Source: an uncultured Planctomycetota bacterium (GTDB taxonomy: Bacteria; Planctomycetota; Phycisphaerae; Tepidisphaerales; Tepidisphaeraceae). From it: a DNA stretch of 64,000 bases. Positions within the stretch are counted from its first letter, which is position 1. Every line of letters begins with the position of its first letter. Shown piece by piece: positions 29,343 to 39,991 of this stretch. The notes under the pieces were generated by a model. The model searched no databases. It saw nothing but the letters and a program-made list of their open reading frames with translations, and had not been told where the DNA came from. The stretch covers positions 448,001-512,000 of the forward strand of contig CAWJEN010000005.1 of the NCBI GenBank assembly GCA_963841915.1, written 5' to 3'. The position numbers and the translations under genes are program-made.

Positions 29343-30629
29343 TCAGTGCGGGCCGTCGGCCGGGGTTGGCGTCACGACCTCCAGCACCGCGTCGCGGGGC
29401 ACGTCGCGTTGCTCGCCGGTCGCCATGTCCTTGAGCGTCACGACACCCTCGGCTAATTCTCGGTCGCCGAGAATGAGGCACGTCGCAGCCTGGCTCTTGT
29501 TGGCAAGCTTGAATTGTGCCTTGATCCCGCGGCCGGCAAGATCGGTATCGGCAGCGAGGCCGGCCGCGCGAAGTTCGCGGACCAAGGCAAAGGCCGCGTC
29601 GCGGGCACCGTCGCTTTGGGCGACGACCCAAATCGGTAGGCGGTCGTCGTCGGCGGGGGGCGTGCCCTGAGCGTCAAGGGCCAGGAGCAGCCGCTCCATG
29701 CCCATGCCGAACCCGACGCCCGGCGTCGCCTTGCCACCGAGGGTTTCAACGAGGCCATCGTATCGACCACCGCCACCGACGGCCGATTGTGCGCCAAGGC
29801 CTCCGGCGACGTATTCCCACAGCGTGTCGGTGTAGTAGTCGAGTCCGCGGACCAGATTTGTGTTGAGCGTGTAGGCCGTGCCGCTGGCGTCGAGCAATTC
29901 GCGGACGCGGGCGAAGTGGTCGCGGCTCCTGTCGCTGAGGAAGTCGGCATTGACCGGCACGTCCTCGCGGGCGGCAATGTCACGCGGGTCTTTGCTGTCG
30001 AGAATGCGCAGCGGATTCGACTCGAGGCGTCGCTTCGACTCGTCGCTGAGGTCGACTGCCTTGGGACCGAAGAAGTCGCGAAGGGCGTCGGCGTAGCGGC
30101 GTTTGCTCTCACCGTCGCCGAGCGTATTCAGGTCGAGCCGAACGTCGCGCAGGCCGACGCGGCGGTAGAAATCGCTTTGGAGCAGGATGAGTTCGACGTC
30201 CTGCTCGGGCGAGGCGACTCCGAAGGCTTCGCACCCGAACTGGTGGTGCTGACGCAGGCGACCGGCCTGGGGCCGTTCGTATCGGAGCATCGGCGTGGCG
30301 AGGTAGTAGACCTTGGCCATCGCGCCCTGGTTGTCGAGCAGGCCCGCCTGAAGAAGCGCGCGGACGACCGGGGCCGTGCCCTCCGGGCGGAGGGTGACGC
30401 TGTCGCCGCCACGTGTCTCGAAGGTGTAAGTCTCTTTCGTGACGATGTCGGTCGCCTCACCGACGCCGCGGTGGAACAGGGCGGTGTGCTCGAAGACGGG
30501 CGTGCGGACTTCTTCGTAGAGGTACAAGTCAGCCACTTCGCGGGCAACGCGTTCGATGAACTGCCACTGCTTCGAGGCAGCCGGCAGCAGGTCGTTGGTG
30601 CCCTTAGGGCCTTGGATGCGGTCGGACAT
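29343..30629 (-). CDS. hisS: Histidyl-tRNA synthetase
   Basis: LRPEGTA, RYERPQAGR.RQ, LVRGLDYY, GGGRYD. Confidence 0.97.
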   Translation of the reverse strand: MSDRIQGPKGTNDLLPAASKQWQFIERVAREVADLYLYEEVRTPVFEHTALFHRGVGEATDIVTKETYTFETRGGDSVTLRPEGTAPVVRALLQAGLLDNQGAMAKVYYLATPMLRYERPQAGRLRQHHQFGCEAFGVASPEQDVELILLQSDFYRRVGLRDVRLDLNTLGDGESKRRYADALRDFFGPKAVDLSDESKRRLESNPLRILDSKDPRDIAAREDVPVNADFLSDRSRDHFARVRELLDASGTAYTLNTNLVRGLDYYTDTLWEYVAGGLGAQSAVGGGGRYDGLVETLGGKATPGVGFGMGMERLLLALDAQGTPPADDDRLPIWVVAQSDGARDAAFALVRELRAAGLAADTDLAGRGIKAQFKLANKSQAATCLILGDRELAEGVVTLKDMATGEQRDVPRDAVLEVVTPTPADGPH

Positions 30630-30712
30630 GGTCGAAATAGGTGGGACACGACGTAGGCCGCCGCGGCGGAAGCCCGACGCGGCGGCAGGTTCTCGTGCTA
30701 ATGTGCGTGACC

Positions 30713-32173
30713 CTACGTCACGTCTTCGGACTCGTCGTCGCCCTCGTCGGCGTTGCCGGTGGCTTCGTCGACGGCCTTTTGCTGCTCCTGGGCGGTCGGC
30801 TCGACCTCTTCGATTTTGGCACCCTCGATGAGAGCGTCGAGCGTCTTGCTCTCACGCATGGCAAGGGCCAGGTTCTGCAGGCTGCCGTCCTGCTGCATCG
30901 ACTGACGCAGCGTGTCGGGCCGCTGATCACGCTCCATGGCGAGCATCGCGATCTGGTTGTTGATCTCGCCCTCGTCGAGCTCGATCTCCTTGTCCTCGGC
31001 AACCTTGTCAAGAATGAAGAACGCCTTGAGCTCGTTCTTGGCCTCTTCGTCGGCACCTTCACGCAGCTTGTCGATGGCGGCGCGGACCTTGTCCTCGCTC
31101 ACGCCACGCTGCAGAAGCGTCATCGCCCGGCGGTTGACGACGCGGTTCGTCTGGCCGGCGGTCATCTTCTCGGGCAGCTCCAGCGTCGTGTTCTTGACGA
31201 GGTAGTCGCGGGCCTGGCGACGCATGGCGTTCTTGATGTCGTTGTCGACGCGCTCTTCCATCTGCTCGCGAAGGGCAGCCATCAGCTCGTCCTGGTTCTC
31301 GAAACCGAGGTCCTCGAGAAACGCCTGATCGACCACGGCAGGCGTGAGCTGACGCATGTCGTTGAGCACGACGGTGACCTTGGCGGTCTTGCCCTGCATC
31401 TTCTCGTTGCTGTGGTCGTCGGGGACCTTCAGGTCGAACGTGCGGGTTTCGCCGACGTTCATGCCCTTGACCTTGTCGGCGAAGTCATCGACAAGAATAC
31501 CTGCAATGCGACCACCACGGGCGATAAGCTGGGCCCCCTTCTGCTCGGCAACTGTTTCGCCTTCGAGATCGACGCTGACATCGGCAAAGAGATAGTCGCC
31601 TTCTTGGACGCCGCGACCTTCGACCGGGCCGAGCTGGCCCTGCTGATTGCGGAGGTTGTCGAGCGCCTGGTCGACGTGTTCGTCCTTGATCGTGATCTTG
31701 GCCTTCTTGACCGTCAGCTCGCCCATGTCGGGCAGTTCGAAGTCGGGGCGAACCTCGATCTTGAAGCTGTAGGTCAGGTCGCCCGACTCGGGCATTTTAA
31801 TGTTCTCGGCGTCGTCAAACTCCGGGTCGCCGAGCGGCCGAAGGTCGGCCTGCTTCAGGGCACTCTGGTAGCTCTCGCGGATGAGGTCACCGTGGACCTG
31901 CTCCTTCACCGCACCGCCGAACTTCTTGAGGATGACGTGGCGTGGGGCCTTACCGCGGCGGAAACCTGGGACGGCGGCGTCGGCGCCGATCTCGCCGTAG
32001 ACCTTGTCGGCCTGCTCGTCGTATCGGCTGCGGGGCACGGTGACGCTGACCTGCTTCTGCGATGGGCCCGAGTCCGAGACTTCGTATTTGTACTCGAAGC
32101 CATCGCCACCATCGGCAAGGGCATCGAGCTGGTCATTCGTGTCAGTCGGCTCGGCGACGGCGGTGTCGGCCAT
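30713..32173 (-). CDS. tig: Trigger factor
   Basis: Ribosome-binding signature VPGFRRGKAP; FKBP-like and C-terminal domains. Confidence 0.93.
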   Translation of the reverse strand: MADTAVAEPTDTNDQLDALADGGDGFEYKYEVSDSGPSQKQVSVTVPRSRYDEQADKVYGEIGADAAVPGFRRGKAPRHVILKKFGGAVKEQVHGDLIRESYQSALKQADLRPLGDPEFDDAENIKMPESGDLTYSFKIEVRPDFELPDMGELTVKKAKITIKDEHVDQALDNLRNQQGQLGPVEGRGVQEGDYLFADVSVDLEGETVAEQKGAQLIARGGRIAGILVDDFADKVKGMNVGETRTFDLKVPDDHSNEKMQGKTAKVTVVLNDMRQLTPAVVDQAFLEDLGFENQDELMAALREQMEERVDNDIKNAMRRQARDYLVKNTTLELPEKMTAGQTNRVVNRRAMTLLQRGVSEDKVRAAIDKLREGADEEAKNELKAFFILDKVAEDKEIELDEGEINNQIAMLAMERDQRPDTLRQSMQQDGSLQNLALAMRESKTLDALIEGAKIEEVEPTAQEQQKAVDEATGNADEGDDESEDVT

Positions 32174-32300
32174 GGTTCAGTCGTTTACTTAAGGGTGCGG
32201 AAGGGTCAGCGTGCCACGGTTGGCGGGTCGGCAGTGTAGGTGCGACCGGCGACTGTTCAATGTGCAAGTGGACGACCGCCTGAACGGCGTAGGGTGCGGC

Positions 32301-32720
32301 ATGGCCGATTCACCGTTCGAGATCAGTGTCGACAGTGACTGGAAGCAGCAAGCCCGCGAGGAGAAACGCAAACTTGCCGAAGAAGCGGCCAGGAAGTCCG
32401 AGGCCGCCAAGCCCGCACCCGCCGCCGCCCCGACCGCCAAGGGGCAAGCCGCGCCGCGTGCCAGAGGCACAGCCGACTTTAAAGGTTTGGTCCGTTCCAT
32501 CTCCGAGACCGTGCTGATGTACCTCGGAGCGGTGCCCGTCGGGGCCGACGGGCGAGGCATGCTCGACCTGGACGAAGCCAAACGTCAGATCGACCTGCTG
32601 GCCGTCCTGGAGGACAAGACGACCGGCAACCTCGGGGCCGACGAGCAGGCGTCGCTGGACGTCGCGCTGTACGAGTCGCGGACGCGGTACGCGTCAGTCG
32701 CACAGCGTTACATTCTCTAG
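32301..32720 (+). CDS. DUF1844-family protein
   Basis: VDSDWKQQA..EK and AK..IDLL..L..KT.GNL motifs. Confidence 0.75.
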   Translation: MADSPFEISVDSDWKQQAREEKRKLAEEAARKSEAAKPAPAAAPTAKGQAAPRARGTADFKGLVRSISETVLMYLGAVPVGADGRGMLDLDEAKRQIDLLAVLEDKTTGNLGADEQASLDVALYESRTRYASVAQRYIL

Positions 32721-32995
32721 TGCTCGATGCGGAAGCTGTCGTCGCCTTGCGGCTGGCGAGAGTCGGTGGTGGCCTCGACGATGTTCCGCTGCATGCGGTC
32801 TTTGACGCTGTCGATGAAGCGGGCGACTTCTGCCCGCTCGCCTTCAGCGACGAGTTCCACGCGGCCGTCGGCGAGGTTCTTGACGTACCCGCCGACCCGG
32901 AACGATCGGGCGATGGAACGGGTCGTGGCACGAAACCCGACGCCCTGCACGCGGCCGCTGAAGTGAACGATGCGACGGACGGTGCTTTCCTTCAC
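32717..32995 (-). CDS. acyP: Acylphosphatase
   Basis: GRVQGVGFR, GYVKNLADGRVE. Confidence 0.95.
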   Translation of the reverse strand: MKESTVRRIVHFSGRVQGVGFRATTRSIARSFRVGGYVKNLADGRVELVAEGERAEVARFIDSVKDRMQRNIVEATTDSRQPQGDDSFRIEH

Positions 32996-33003
32996 GAAGC
33001 ACC

Positions 33004-33633
33004 TTACGTGCCGAAGATGCGGTCACCCGCGTCGCCGAGGCCGGGGCGGATGTAGTGCCTCTCGTCTAGCTCGCGGTCCAGGGCGGCGGTGTAGATCTCG
33101 ATGTCCGGGTGGACGTTCCGCAGGTTTGCGATGCCCTCCGGTGCGGCGACGAGACACATGAAGCGGATGTTGCGGGCCGGCACGCCTTGCGCCTTAAGGA
33201 AGCTGACGCACCGAATCGCACTGCCACCGGTGGCGAGCATCGGGTCGGTCACGATCGTTTCACAGTCGGCCACGTCGGGTGGCAGCTTGTGGTAGTACGC
33301 GCCGGCCTCGGCCGTCTCTTCGTTGCGTTCGAGGCCGACGTGACCGACGCGGCAATCCGTAATGAGCCGCATGACGCCACTGGTCATGCCGAGGCCCGCC
33401 CGCAGGATCGGCACCAGGCAGACCGGCCGGGCCAACTCGACGCCGACCATCTCTTCGAGCGGCGTCTTTACCGGCCGTTCGCGAGTCGGCATCGACCGGG
33501 TGATCTCGTACGTCATGAGCATGGCGACCTCTTCGACAAGGCCGCGAAAGGCACGGTGGTCGGTCCGTTCGTCGCGCAGCTCGGTGAGCTTCGTGCGGAT
33601 GACCGGGTGATCGACGACGGTGAGGCGAGACAT
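33004..33633 (-). CDS. upp: Uracil phosphoribosyltransferase
   Basis: PILRAGLGM, DPMLATGGS, PGLGDAGDRIFGT. Confidence 0.97.
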   Translation of the reverse strand: MSRLTVVDHPVIRTKLTELRDERTDHRAFRGLVEEVAMLMTYEITRSMPTRERPVKTPLEEMVGVELARPVCLVPILRAGLGMTSGVMRLITDCRVGHVGLERNEETAEAGAYYHKLPPDVADCETIVTDPMLATGGSAIRCVSFLKAQGVPARNIRFMCLVAAPEGIANLRNVHPDIEIYTAALDRELDERHYIRPGLGDAGDRIFGT

Positions 33634-33670
33634 GGGCGGAAGGAGTGCGTGGTGAACGACCGGCTTTGCC

Positions 33671-34399
33671 TCAGCTGCTCGCCTGCAGCGGCGTTTCTTC
33701 ATACGGCTGGACGACGACCCAGCCTTCGCCTTGCGTGGCGTCGAACTGCATCTGGAAGCTCTCGCCGCTGCCTCTGCCGATGAAGGTTTTGAGGCTCATG
33801 TCGGTCTTGAAGCCGGGGTTGAGGTTGCCGCTCCAGGCGACGGTGGCGTTGGGGTCTGTAAAGACGGTTTGGCCGGGCGAGACGCGGAGCGTCAGCGGGT
33901 CATGGTGCGTGCCGATGGCGAGCAGGCCGCTACCTTCGATGCGGACATTAAACAGGCCGCCACTGACCACGGCGGCGACTTTCTTCATCATCTTCACGTC
34001 GTACGTCAGCGACGGTGCAAAAGCGATAAGGTCTTCGCCGTTGACGACGACCGCCTCGTTCTGCAGGTCGAGGACTGTAAGCTTCTTACCATCGTCGGCG
34101 AGATAAACACGACCGCTACCTTCGGCCTTCGTGAGCTTGGCCCCTTCGCCGGTGAACTGGCGTTTGAGGAACTTGCCGATGCCTTCCTCCATCATGCCCT
34201 GGCGGGTGAACTTGACGTTGCCGACGTAGGCGACCATGCCGCCCATCTTCGTCCAGACTGACGGATTGGCGTCGTCGAGATTCACCTCGAGCATGTGCGG
34301 GCTCTCGAGCTCGAAGAACCCGTGGCCGCGGTCGCGTTGGGCCGTCTTGGCAAGGAACTCGCTGACAGTCATTCGGCCTGCGTCGGTGGCGTTGCTCAT
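33671..34399 (-). CDS. AIM24-family protein
   Basis: GGMVAY, TGEG, GGLFN, DP.A.VAW, GSGE.FQ.....GWVVVQP. Confidence 0.85.
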   Translation of the reverse strand: MSNATDAGRMTVSEFLAKTAQRDRGHGFFELESPHMLEVNLDDANPSVWTKMGGMVAYVGNVKFTRQGMMEEGIGKFLKRQFTGEGAKLTKAEGSGRVYLADDGKKLTVLDLQNEAVVVNGEDLIAFAPSLTYDVKMMKKVAAVVSGGLFNVRIEGSGLLAIGTHHDPLTLRVSPGQTVFTDPNATVAWSGNLNPGFKTDMSLKTFIGRGSGESFQMQFDATQGEGWVVVQPYEETPLQASS

Positions 34400-34965
34400 G
34401 CCGAGATCATGCCGTTTTCGCGGGCGTACGCAAACACGCCACCCGCCTCGACGATCGGCAGCACATCGCCCAGCGGCTCGAGCTTTGCCTCGGTGCCCTG
34501 CGTCAGGTTCTTGTACAGGCCGGCATCCAGGTCGATCTCGACCTCGTCGCCGGTGCGTGTCGATTCGACCAGCCGCTCGAGCGACACCATCGGCAACAGG
34601 TAACCGCCGTTGATGGAGTTGCGGTAGAAGATTCGTGCGTAAAACTCGGCGACGACGGCCTTGATGCCGGCCTCGGCGTAGGCAAGCGGGGCGTGCTCGC
34701 GGGACGAGCCGCAGCCGAAGTTCTTGCCGCCGATGATGATGTCGTACGAACTGGTGAACCCGTCGCCGTCAGGATCGATGAACGGCACGTTGCCCTCCGG
34801 CAACCCGTCCTGCCCCTTCGGCACGCCGGCGTTGGCGAATTTTCCAAAGTACTTGCGCTCGTCCGGATCGCTCGGGTTGTAACTCAGAAACTCGGCCGGA
34901 ATGATCTGGTCGGTATCGATGTTGTCGCCGAGCACGTAGGCGCGGCCCTTGATGACGGTCTCCAT
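34396..34965 (-). CDS. leuD: 3-isopropylmalate dehydratase small subunit
   Basis: DNIDTDQIIPA, NFGCGSSREHA, ARIFYRN..N.G. Confidence 0.9.
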   Translation of the reverse strand: METVIKGRAYVLGDNIDTDQIIPAEFLSYNPSDPDERKYFGKFANAGVPKGQDGLPEGNVPFIDPDGDGFTSSYDIIIGGKNFGCGSSREHAPLAYAEAGIKAVVAEFYARIFYRNSINGGYLLPMVSLERLVESTRTGDEVEIDLDAGLYKNLTQGTEAKLEPLGDVLPIVEAGGVFAYARENGMISA

Positions 34966-34985
34966 GATGACCGCACCGTAGCGGG

Positions 34986-35591
34986 TCAGCGTCGCAAGCG
35001 ACGGGTCACATCGTCCGACGCGTTGATTAAGTCAGCGTCGGCGTCGCCTGCGATGCGGTTGGCGATGGAGCGTTCGAGTTCGACATCCCGGCCGGTGGCG
35101 TACCAACCGAATCGCGTGTCGCGATCTTCATCCGACCGACGGCGTGGTCCGTATCGTACCGCATACCGCTCCAGAACGACGCGAGGCGAGACGATCCAAC
35201 CGCCCTTCACCCGCTCGAACTCGAATCGCGCAGTACGCCGCAACCGACTAAGCGTGGATTCGATTGACAAGGCGGTCGTGCGATGTGCATCCCGCCACGG
35301 CTCGAAGATGGTCCCGCCCTCGGCCGCTTCGGTGCTGACGTAGCCGTTGCGATAGTCGACGGTGGCATCTTCAAATTCGAAGCGTTTGCGTGCGGCTTCG
35401 GCTGCGTCCCAGAGCTTGCGGTAGTCGTTACCGAGAACGCTGACCGCCGCCGGCTGCTCGAACCAGTAGTCAACGCTGGCGGCGTTGCGGTTGTCCTCCC
35501 ACGCCGGCCGCGTCGAACAACCCGCGAGCAGGGCGATGAGAAGAACGGCAGAAACTCTAGCGAACGCGATCACGCCGCCTCCACGTCGCAA
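34986..35591 (-). CDS. Putative lipoprotein
   Basis: Lipobox LAGC; C-terminal GRD..LE..I. Start uncertain (possibly the GTG at 35573). Confidence 0.7.
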   Translation of the reverse strand: MRRGGGVIAFARVSAVLLIALLAGCSTRPAWEDNRNAASVDYWFEQPAAVSVLGNDYRKLWDAAEAARKRFEFEDATVDYRNGYVSTEAAEGGTIFEPWRDAHRTTALSIESTLSRLRRTARFEFERVKGGWIVSPRVVLERYAVRYGPRRRSDEDRDTRFGWYATGRDVELERSIANRIAGDADADLINASDDVTRRLRR

Positions 35592-37102
35592 GGGTCGGGT
35601 ACTTGCCGGCCGACGGTATGGATGATGATGCCGTTCATCGTCCCCGGCGCACCAAGGTGACGGCCGGCGACGATGATGACGCGGTCACCCTCGCTGGCGA
35701 GCCCGCGATCCACGACGAGCTGGTCGGCCGCGTCGCTGAGCGCCTGCAGGTTGGCCGGTTGGTCCATGTACATCGGAATCACGCCGTAGTGCAACGCCAT
35801 CTGCCGAAGCTGACGCACGTCGTCCGTCAGGGCGAGTGTCGGCACGTCGAACCGTTGACCGGCAAAAATGCGCGCGGTGTCACCGGTGATGCTGTAGACG
35901 ACCACCGCCTTGCATGGCAGCGACGCGAGCATCTGCCGAACCGCCTTGGCCGCGGCGAGCGTCACCTGCAGATCGCCCGGTGCCGTCTCGGCCCCACCGG
36001 GTCCGCCGCCGTGCGTGACGATGTAGCCCTCCGTCGCCTCGGCCACGTGCCGCATGACGTGCACGCTGCCGACCGGGAACTTACCGACGCTCGTCTCGCC
36101 TGACAGCATCGTCGCATCGGTGCCGTCGAAGATCGCATTCGCCACGTCGCTCACCTCGGCCCGCGTCGGGCTCGGCACGTCGACCATGCTCTGCAGCATC
36201 TGCGTCGCCACGATCGCCGGCTTCCCGGCTCGGCGGCACTTAGCCAGCAGATCCTTTTGAATGATCGGCACCCGTGCCAGGTCCATCTCGACGCCTAAAT
36301 CGCCGCGTGCGACCATCAGGCCGTCACTGGCTTCGATGATCCCGTCGATGTCGCTGACGGCCTCGGCCTTTTCGATTTTGGCAATGATGCCGATCTTGCT
36401 GCCCCGCGCGTCGAGCCGCTTGCGCAGCTCCCTGATGTCGTCCGCCCGCCGCACGAAGGACAACGCGAGATAATCGAGGTCGTTGTCGATCGCAAAGTCG
36501 ACACACGACCAGTCGCGTTTGGTGATGCTGGGCAGCCCGAGCCGCGTGCCAGGCAGGTTGATGCCTTTGCGCGTCTTGACGACACCGCCAGCCGTGCAGC
36601 GGAGCAGGATCGCATCGACGTTGTCGCCGCGGACGAGCTTTTCTTCGCAGACGAAGCGGAGCAGGCCGTCTTCGATGAGCAAACGGTCGCCGACTTCAAC
36701 GTCGTCGACAAGACCCTGGTAGGTGCAACTAACGATGCCGTTTCTACCGACGACTGGGTCGCGTTGGATGGTGAGGGTGTCACCGGTCTCGACACGCATC
36801 CCGCGGTCGTCGTTGTCTTCGTCGACATCACCGACGCGGATCTTCGGACCGCCCAAGTCACCAAGAATGGCGACGGGCCTACCGATGGCCTCGACCTGTT
36901 GGCGGATGGTGGCGAGCGTCTTGGCGTGACCTTCAAGCTCGCCGTGGCTGAAGTTGAGCCGGCAGACGTCGACACCGGCTGCGAGCAGAGACCGCAGGTC
37001 GTCGGGCGCTTCGACGGCCGGCCCGAGGGTGGCGACGATCTTCGTGCGGATCGGTGTCAGTTGCTTGGGTTGCAGGTCAGACGGAGCGTGTGTGGCCGGC
37101 AT
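35570..37102 (-). CDS. pyk: Pyruvate kinase
   Basis: TKIVATLGP, RLNFSHG, IAKIEK, MVARGDLGVE, ATQML.SM, MLSGET. Confidence 0.97.
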   Translation of the reverse strand: MPATHAPSDLQPKQLTPIRTKIVATLGPAVEAPDDLRSLLAAGVDVCRLNFSHGELEGHAKTLATIRQQVEAIGRPVAILGDLGGPKIRVGDVDEDNDDRGMRVETGDTLTIQRDPVVGRNGIVSCTYQGLVDDVEVGDRLLIEDGLLRFVCEEKLVRGDNVDAILLRCTAGGVVKTRKGINLPGTRLGLPSITKRDWSCVDFAIDNDLDYLALSFVRRADDIRELRKRLDARGSKIGIIAKIEKAEAVSDIDGIIEASDGLMVARGDLGVEMDLARVPIIQKDLLAKCRRAGKPAIVATQMLQSMVDVPSPTRAEVSDVANAIFDGTDATMLSGETSVGKFPVGSVHVMRHVAEATEGYIVTHGGGPGGAETAPGDLQVTLAAAKAVRQMLASLPCKAVVVYSITGDTARIFAGQRFDVPTLALTDDVRQLRQMALHYGVIPMYMDQPANLQALSDAADQLVVDRGLASEGDRVIIVAGRHLGAPGTMNGIIIHTVGRQVPDPCDVEAA

Positions 37103-37149
37103 GTCGACGATGCTACGGTGCGGACGCCGTGCCGCCAGAGCTTGACGAC

Positions 37150-37413
37150 GTGCCAACATCTCAACCTGCAGCCGAGCGGGAAGCGCAGCGCCGCGACAAC
37201 GCCCGCGGATGTCTGCTGGCGCTTGTGTTGGAAGGCGCTGCATTACTGGCCGGGGCGGCGTGGCTGCTGGCACGCGTGCTCGACTGGCCGCAACTGGCTC
37301 GGACGACGGGCTTTGCATTCCTCGTGTTCACGTGCTGCGCGGCCGTTGTGTGTGTCTTATTGCTCATCCTCGGCAACACGAGGCGTCAGCGAGACATCCG
37401 TCATCAGGCGTGA
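37150..37413 (+). CDS. Small two-TM hypothetical protein
   Basis: Two hydrophobic helices filling the gap between pyk and the Bax-inhibitor gene; GTG start inferred. Confidence 0.4.
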   Translation: MPTSQPAAEREAQRRDNARGCLLALVLEGAALLAGAAWLLARVLDWPQLARTTGFAFLVFTCCAAVVCVLLLILGNTRRQRDIRHQA

Positions 37414-37534
37414 CAACTTCGTGTCCCAGCAACTTTGGCTGCTGCACCTGCTACTTAAAACGGATGTACAATGTGGTTCGCCGCGAGCGATCGCTGGCGG
37501 ATGACGCACCCACTGCTCAAACAAGAACACAAAG

Positions 37535-38308
37535 ATGGCTTACGGACAGTTCGATAACGAAGGCTCCAACTGGGGCGGCGCCTACTCGATGCCGGTGAGC
37601 GAAGCTCCGGCTGAGACACGAGCCTCCTTCATTAGACAGACCTATGGCCACCTGGCTGGCGCGGTGGCGGCGCTGGTAGGCATCGAATTGATTGCCTTCA
37701 GTGTCTTGCCGGCTTCAACGCTTGAAAGCATCACGACGACCATGTTCGCCGGACTGGGCGGATACGCGTGGCTTGTCGTTCTCGGCCTGTTCTTCGCCGT
37801 CTCGACGGTTGCCCAGAAATGGGCAATGAACGGAGCGAACGTGGGCATGCAATATGCAGGCCTGGGTCTTTATGTCGTCGCACAGGCGGCGATTCTGCTG
37901 CCGCTGCTGACGATTGCGACCGCCTACACCGATGCCGGAATGGACGCAAGCCCGTTCGGCCTGATCCCGACGGCCGCGGTAATCACCGCTTTGATCGTCG
38001 GCGGCTTGACAGCGTTTGTCTTCGTCACGGGTGCCAACTTCAATTGGCTCGGCGGCATCCTCATGGTGGCCGGCCTCGGGTTCGCCGGGTTGATCGTCGC
38101 CAGCATTTTGTTTGGCTTCACGCTCGGACTGGCCTTCATCGTCTTCGGTGTCGTGCTCATGTCAGCCGGCGTCCTCTACCAGACGAGCAACATCATGCAC
38201 GAGTACCCGGTCGGCAGCCACGTCGCTGCCAGCCTGGCACTGTTCGCCAGCATCGCAATGCTGTTCTGGTACGTACTGCAGCTGCTCATGAGCCTGCAAC
38301 GCGAGTAG
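37535..38308 (+). CDS. Bax inhibitor-1 / YccA-family membrane protein
   Basis: R..FIRQTY.HL, 7 TM helices, LYQTSNI, AASLALF. Confidence 0.9.
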   Translation: MAYGQFDNEGSNWGGAYSMPVSEAPAETRASFIRQTYGHLAGAVAALVGIELIAFSVLPASTLESITTTMFAGLGGYAWLVVLGLFFAVSTVAQKWAMNGANVGMQYAGLGLYVVAQAAILLPLLTIATAYTDAGMDASPFGLIPTAAVITALIVGGLTAFVFVTGANFNWLGGILMVAGLGFAGLIVASILFGFTLGLAFIVFGVVLMSAGVLYQTSNIMHEYPVGSHVAASLALFASIAMLFWYVLQLLMSLQRE

Positions 38309-38333
38309 GCGAAGCCTCAGCCACTGAAAAGAG

Positions 38334-38362
38334 AAGCCGCGTTGCCAAGCAACGCGGCTTTG
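38334..38362 (+). terminator. Intrinsic terminator
   Basis: AAGCCGCGTTGC-caa-GCAACGCGGCTT then T; A-run upstream suggests it could act in both directions. Confidence 0.8.
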
Positions 38363-38410
38363 TCATGCTCGGTGAGGTACCCTTTGTAGAGACAAGTTCT
38401 ACCGTGCGGC

Positions 38411-38749
38411 ATGCCGTGGACCACGTTGTGCGAGCTGTCTGACCTGAGCCAGCAGGGCGAAGGCACCTTCGTCGACATCGACGGCCGGGAACTGGCGGTC
38501 TTTCTCGACGACGGCAAGCCACGCGTCATGGACAACATGTGCCCCCACGCCGGCGGCTCCATGGCCAGCGGCTACCTCGAACGGCACGGCGACGTGCAAT
38601 GCGCGGTCTGCCCCTGGCACGGCTGGGCGTTTCGCGTCGACACCGGCGACTACGTCGACATGCCCGGCTTCGAAATCAAGGTCTACGCATCGCGCATCGA
38701 AGCCCACGACGGCAAGTCCTTCGTGCAAGCCGACCTGCCGATGCCGTGA
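38411..38749 (+). CDS. Rieske [2Fe-2S] ferredoxin (NirD-like)
   Basis: CPH...CPWHGW. Confidence 0.92.
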   Translation: MPWTTLCELSDLSQQGEGTFVDIDGRELAVFLDDGKPRVMDNMCPHAGGSMASGYLERHGDVQCAVCPWHGWAFRVDTGDYVDMPGFEIKVYASRIEAHDGKSFVQADLPMP

Positions 38750-38778
38750 CTGCTTCAGATTCGTCAAGGACGCGACGG

Positions 38779-39837
38779 CTACACCCCGTGATCGATCGTC
38801 TTGATAACGCCCTCGTTGGCCGCTTCGATGCCGGTGATGACAACGTTGAGCGCCTTGTACCCTTCTTCGCCGTCGATCTCGGGAGGCGTGTTGTTCAGAA
38901 TTGACTCGGTCAGCAGGGCGGCAACACCGCTGTCGGTCTGCTTCTCATTCGTTGCCACGGCACCGGCCGTGATGCGATCTCGACGGCCGTCGGCGTAGTC
39001 GATCATGACCCCGTCGGCGTAGTCGCCTTCTTCGCCGATCCGCATGACACCTTCCTCGCAGAACAGCCGCGTGCCGTTGTCACCCATGCGGCCGTAGTTG
39101 GTCCAAGAGATGTGGATCGAGCCGATCGCGCCGCTCTTCATTTCGCATTCGAGGAAGGCGTTGTCGTCGACTTCCATCGGCGTGCCATCGGGGTGCGTTT
39201 TGTGGAGCGTCTTGACGAAGCCGCCGATCTTGTGGAACTCGTCACCGGTGAGGTACCGCATGACGTCGGCCTTGTGAATGCCAAGGTCGCCGCACACGCC
39301 CATGCCCGCCATCTCCTTCTTAAAGAACCACGAGTGGATGCCGTCCATGCTCCAGCCGTCAGCGCCGGGGTGCTTGAAGTTGGTCTCGTAGGTCAGGATG
39401 CGACCGAGCTTGCCGCTGGCGAGAATCTCTTTGGCCACGACGTGCGGCGGCATGAGTCGCTGGTTCATGCCGATCATGAGGTACTTGCCGGCCTTCTTCC
39501 CGGCCTCGATCATCGCCCGTGCTTCCTCGCGGGTCGTCGCCATCGGCTTTTCGACCAGCACGTGCCGACCGGCTTCGAAGGCGTCGATCGTCTGCGGCGC
39601 GTGCAATGCATTCGGCGTCCCGATGACGGCCGCATCACTCTTGACCTTCGCGAGCATCTCCTTGTGGTCAAGGAAGTAGGGAATGTCGTACTTCTCGCCG
39701 ACCTCTTTGACGCGTGCCTCGTTCGGATCACACACCGCCACGAGCCGGCTCTTGGCGTGAGCGTGGATCTCGGGCAGGTGGCGCCGCTGCATGATCGCAC
39801 CGGCACCCATGGCTACGTAACTGACAGTGTCGCTCAT
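38779..39837 (-). CDS. Gfo/Idh/MocA oxidoreductase
   Basis: GAGAI, TPN..H, HVLVEKPMA, DLGIH..D. Confidence 0.9.
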   Translation of the reverse strand: MSDTVSYVAMGAGAIMQRRHLPEIHAHAKSRLVAVCDPNEARVKEVGEKYDIPYFLDHKEMLAKVKSDAAVIGTPNALHAPQTIDAFEAGRHVLVEKPMATTREEARAMIEAGKKAGKYLMIGMNQRLMPPHVVAKEILASGKLGRILTYETNFKHPGADGWSMDGIHSWFFKKEMAGMGVCGDLGIHKADVMRYLTGDEFHKIGGFVKTLHKTHPDGTPMEVDDNAFLECEMKSGAIGSIHISWTNYGRMGDNGTRLFCEEGVMRIGEEGDYADGVMIDYADGRRDRITAGAVATNEKQTDSGVAALLTESILNNTPPEIDGEEGYKALNVVITGIEAANEGVIKTIDHGV

Positions 39838-39991
39838 AAGGCGGCAAGCGTAGCTAGCCTTGCACCTCGACGCGAAGCGGTCTCTCGTCAACCGCGCGCC
39901 GACGACGGCACGACGGAGGACGAACACCACGAACCCAAAGACGCCGCCACCCGACGGGGTGGCGGCGTCTCCATCAGTGGCTGAGTTTGCT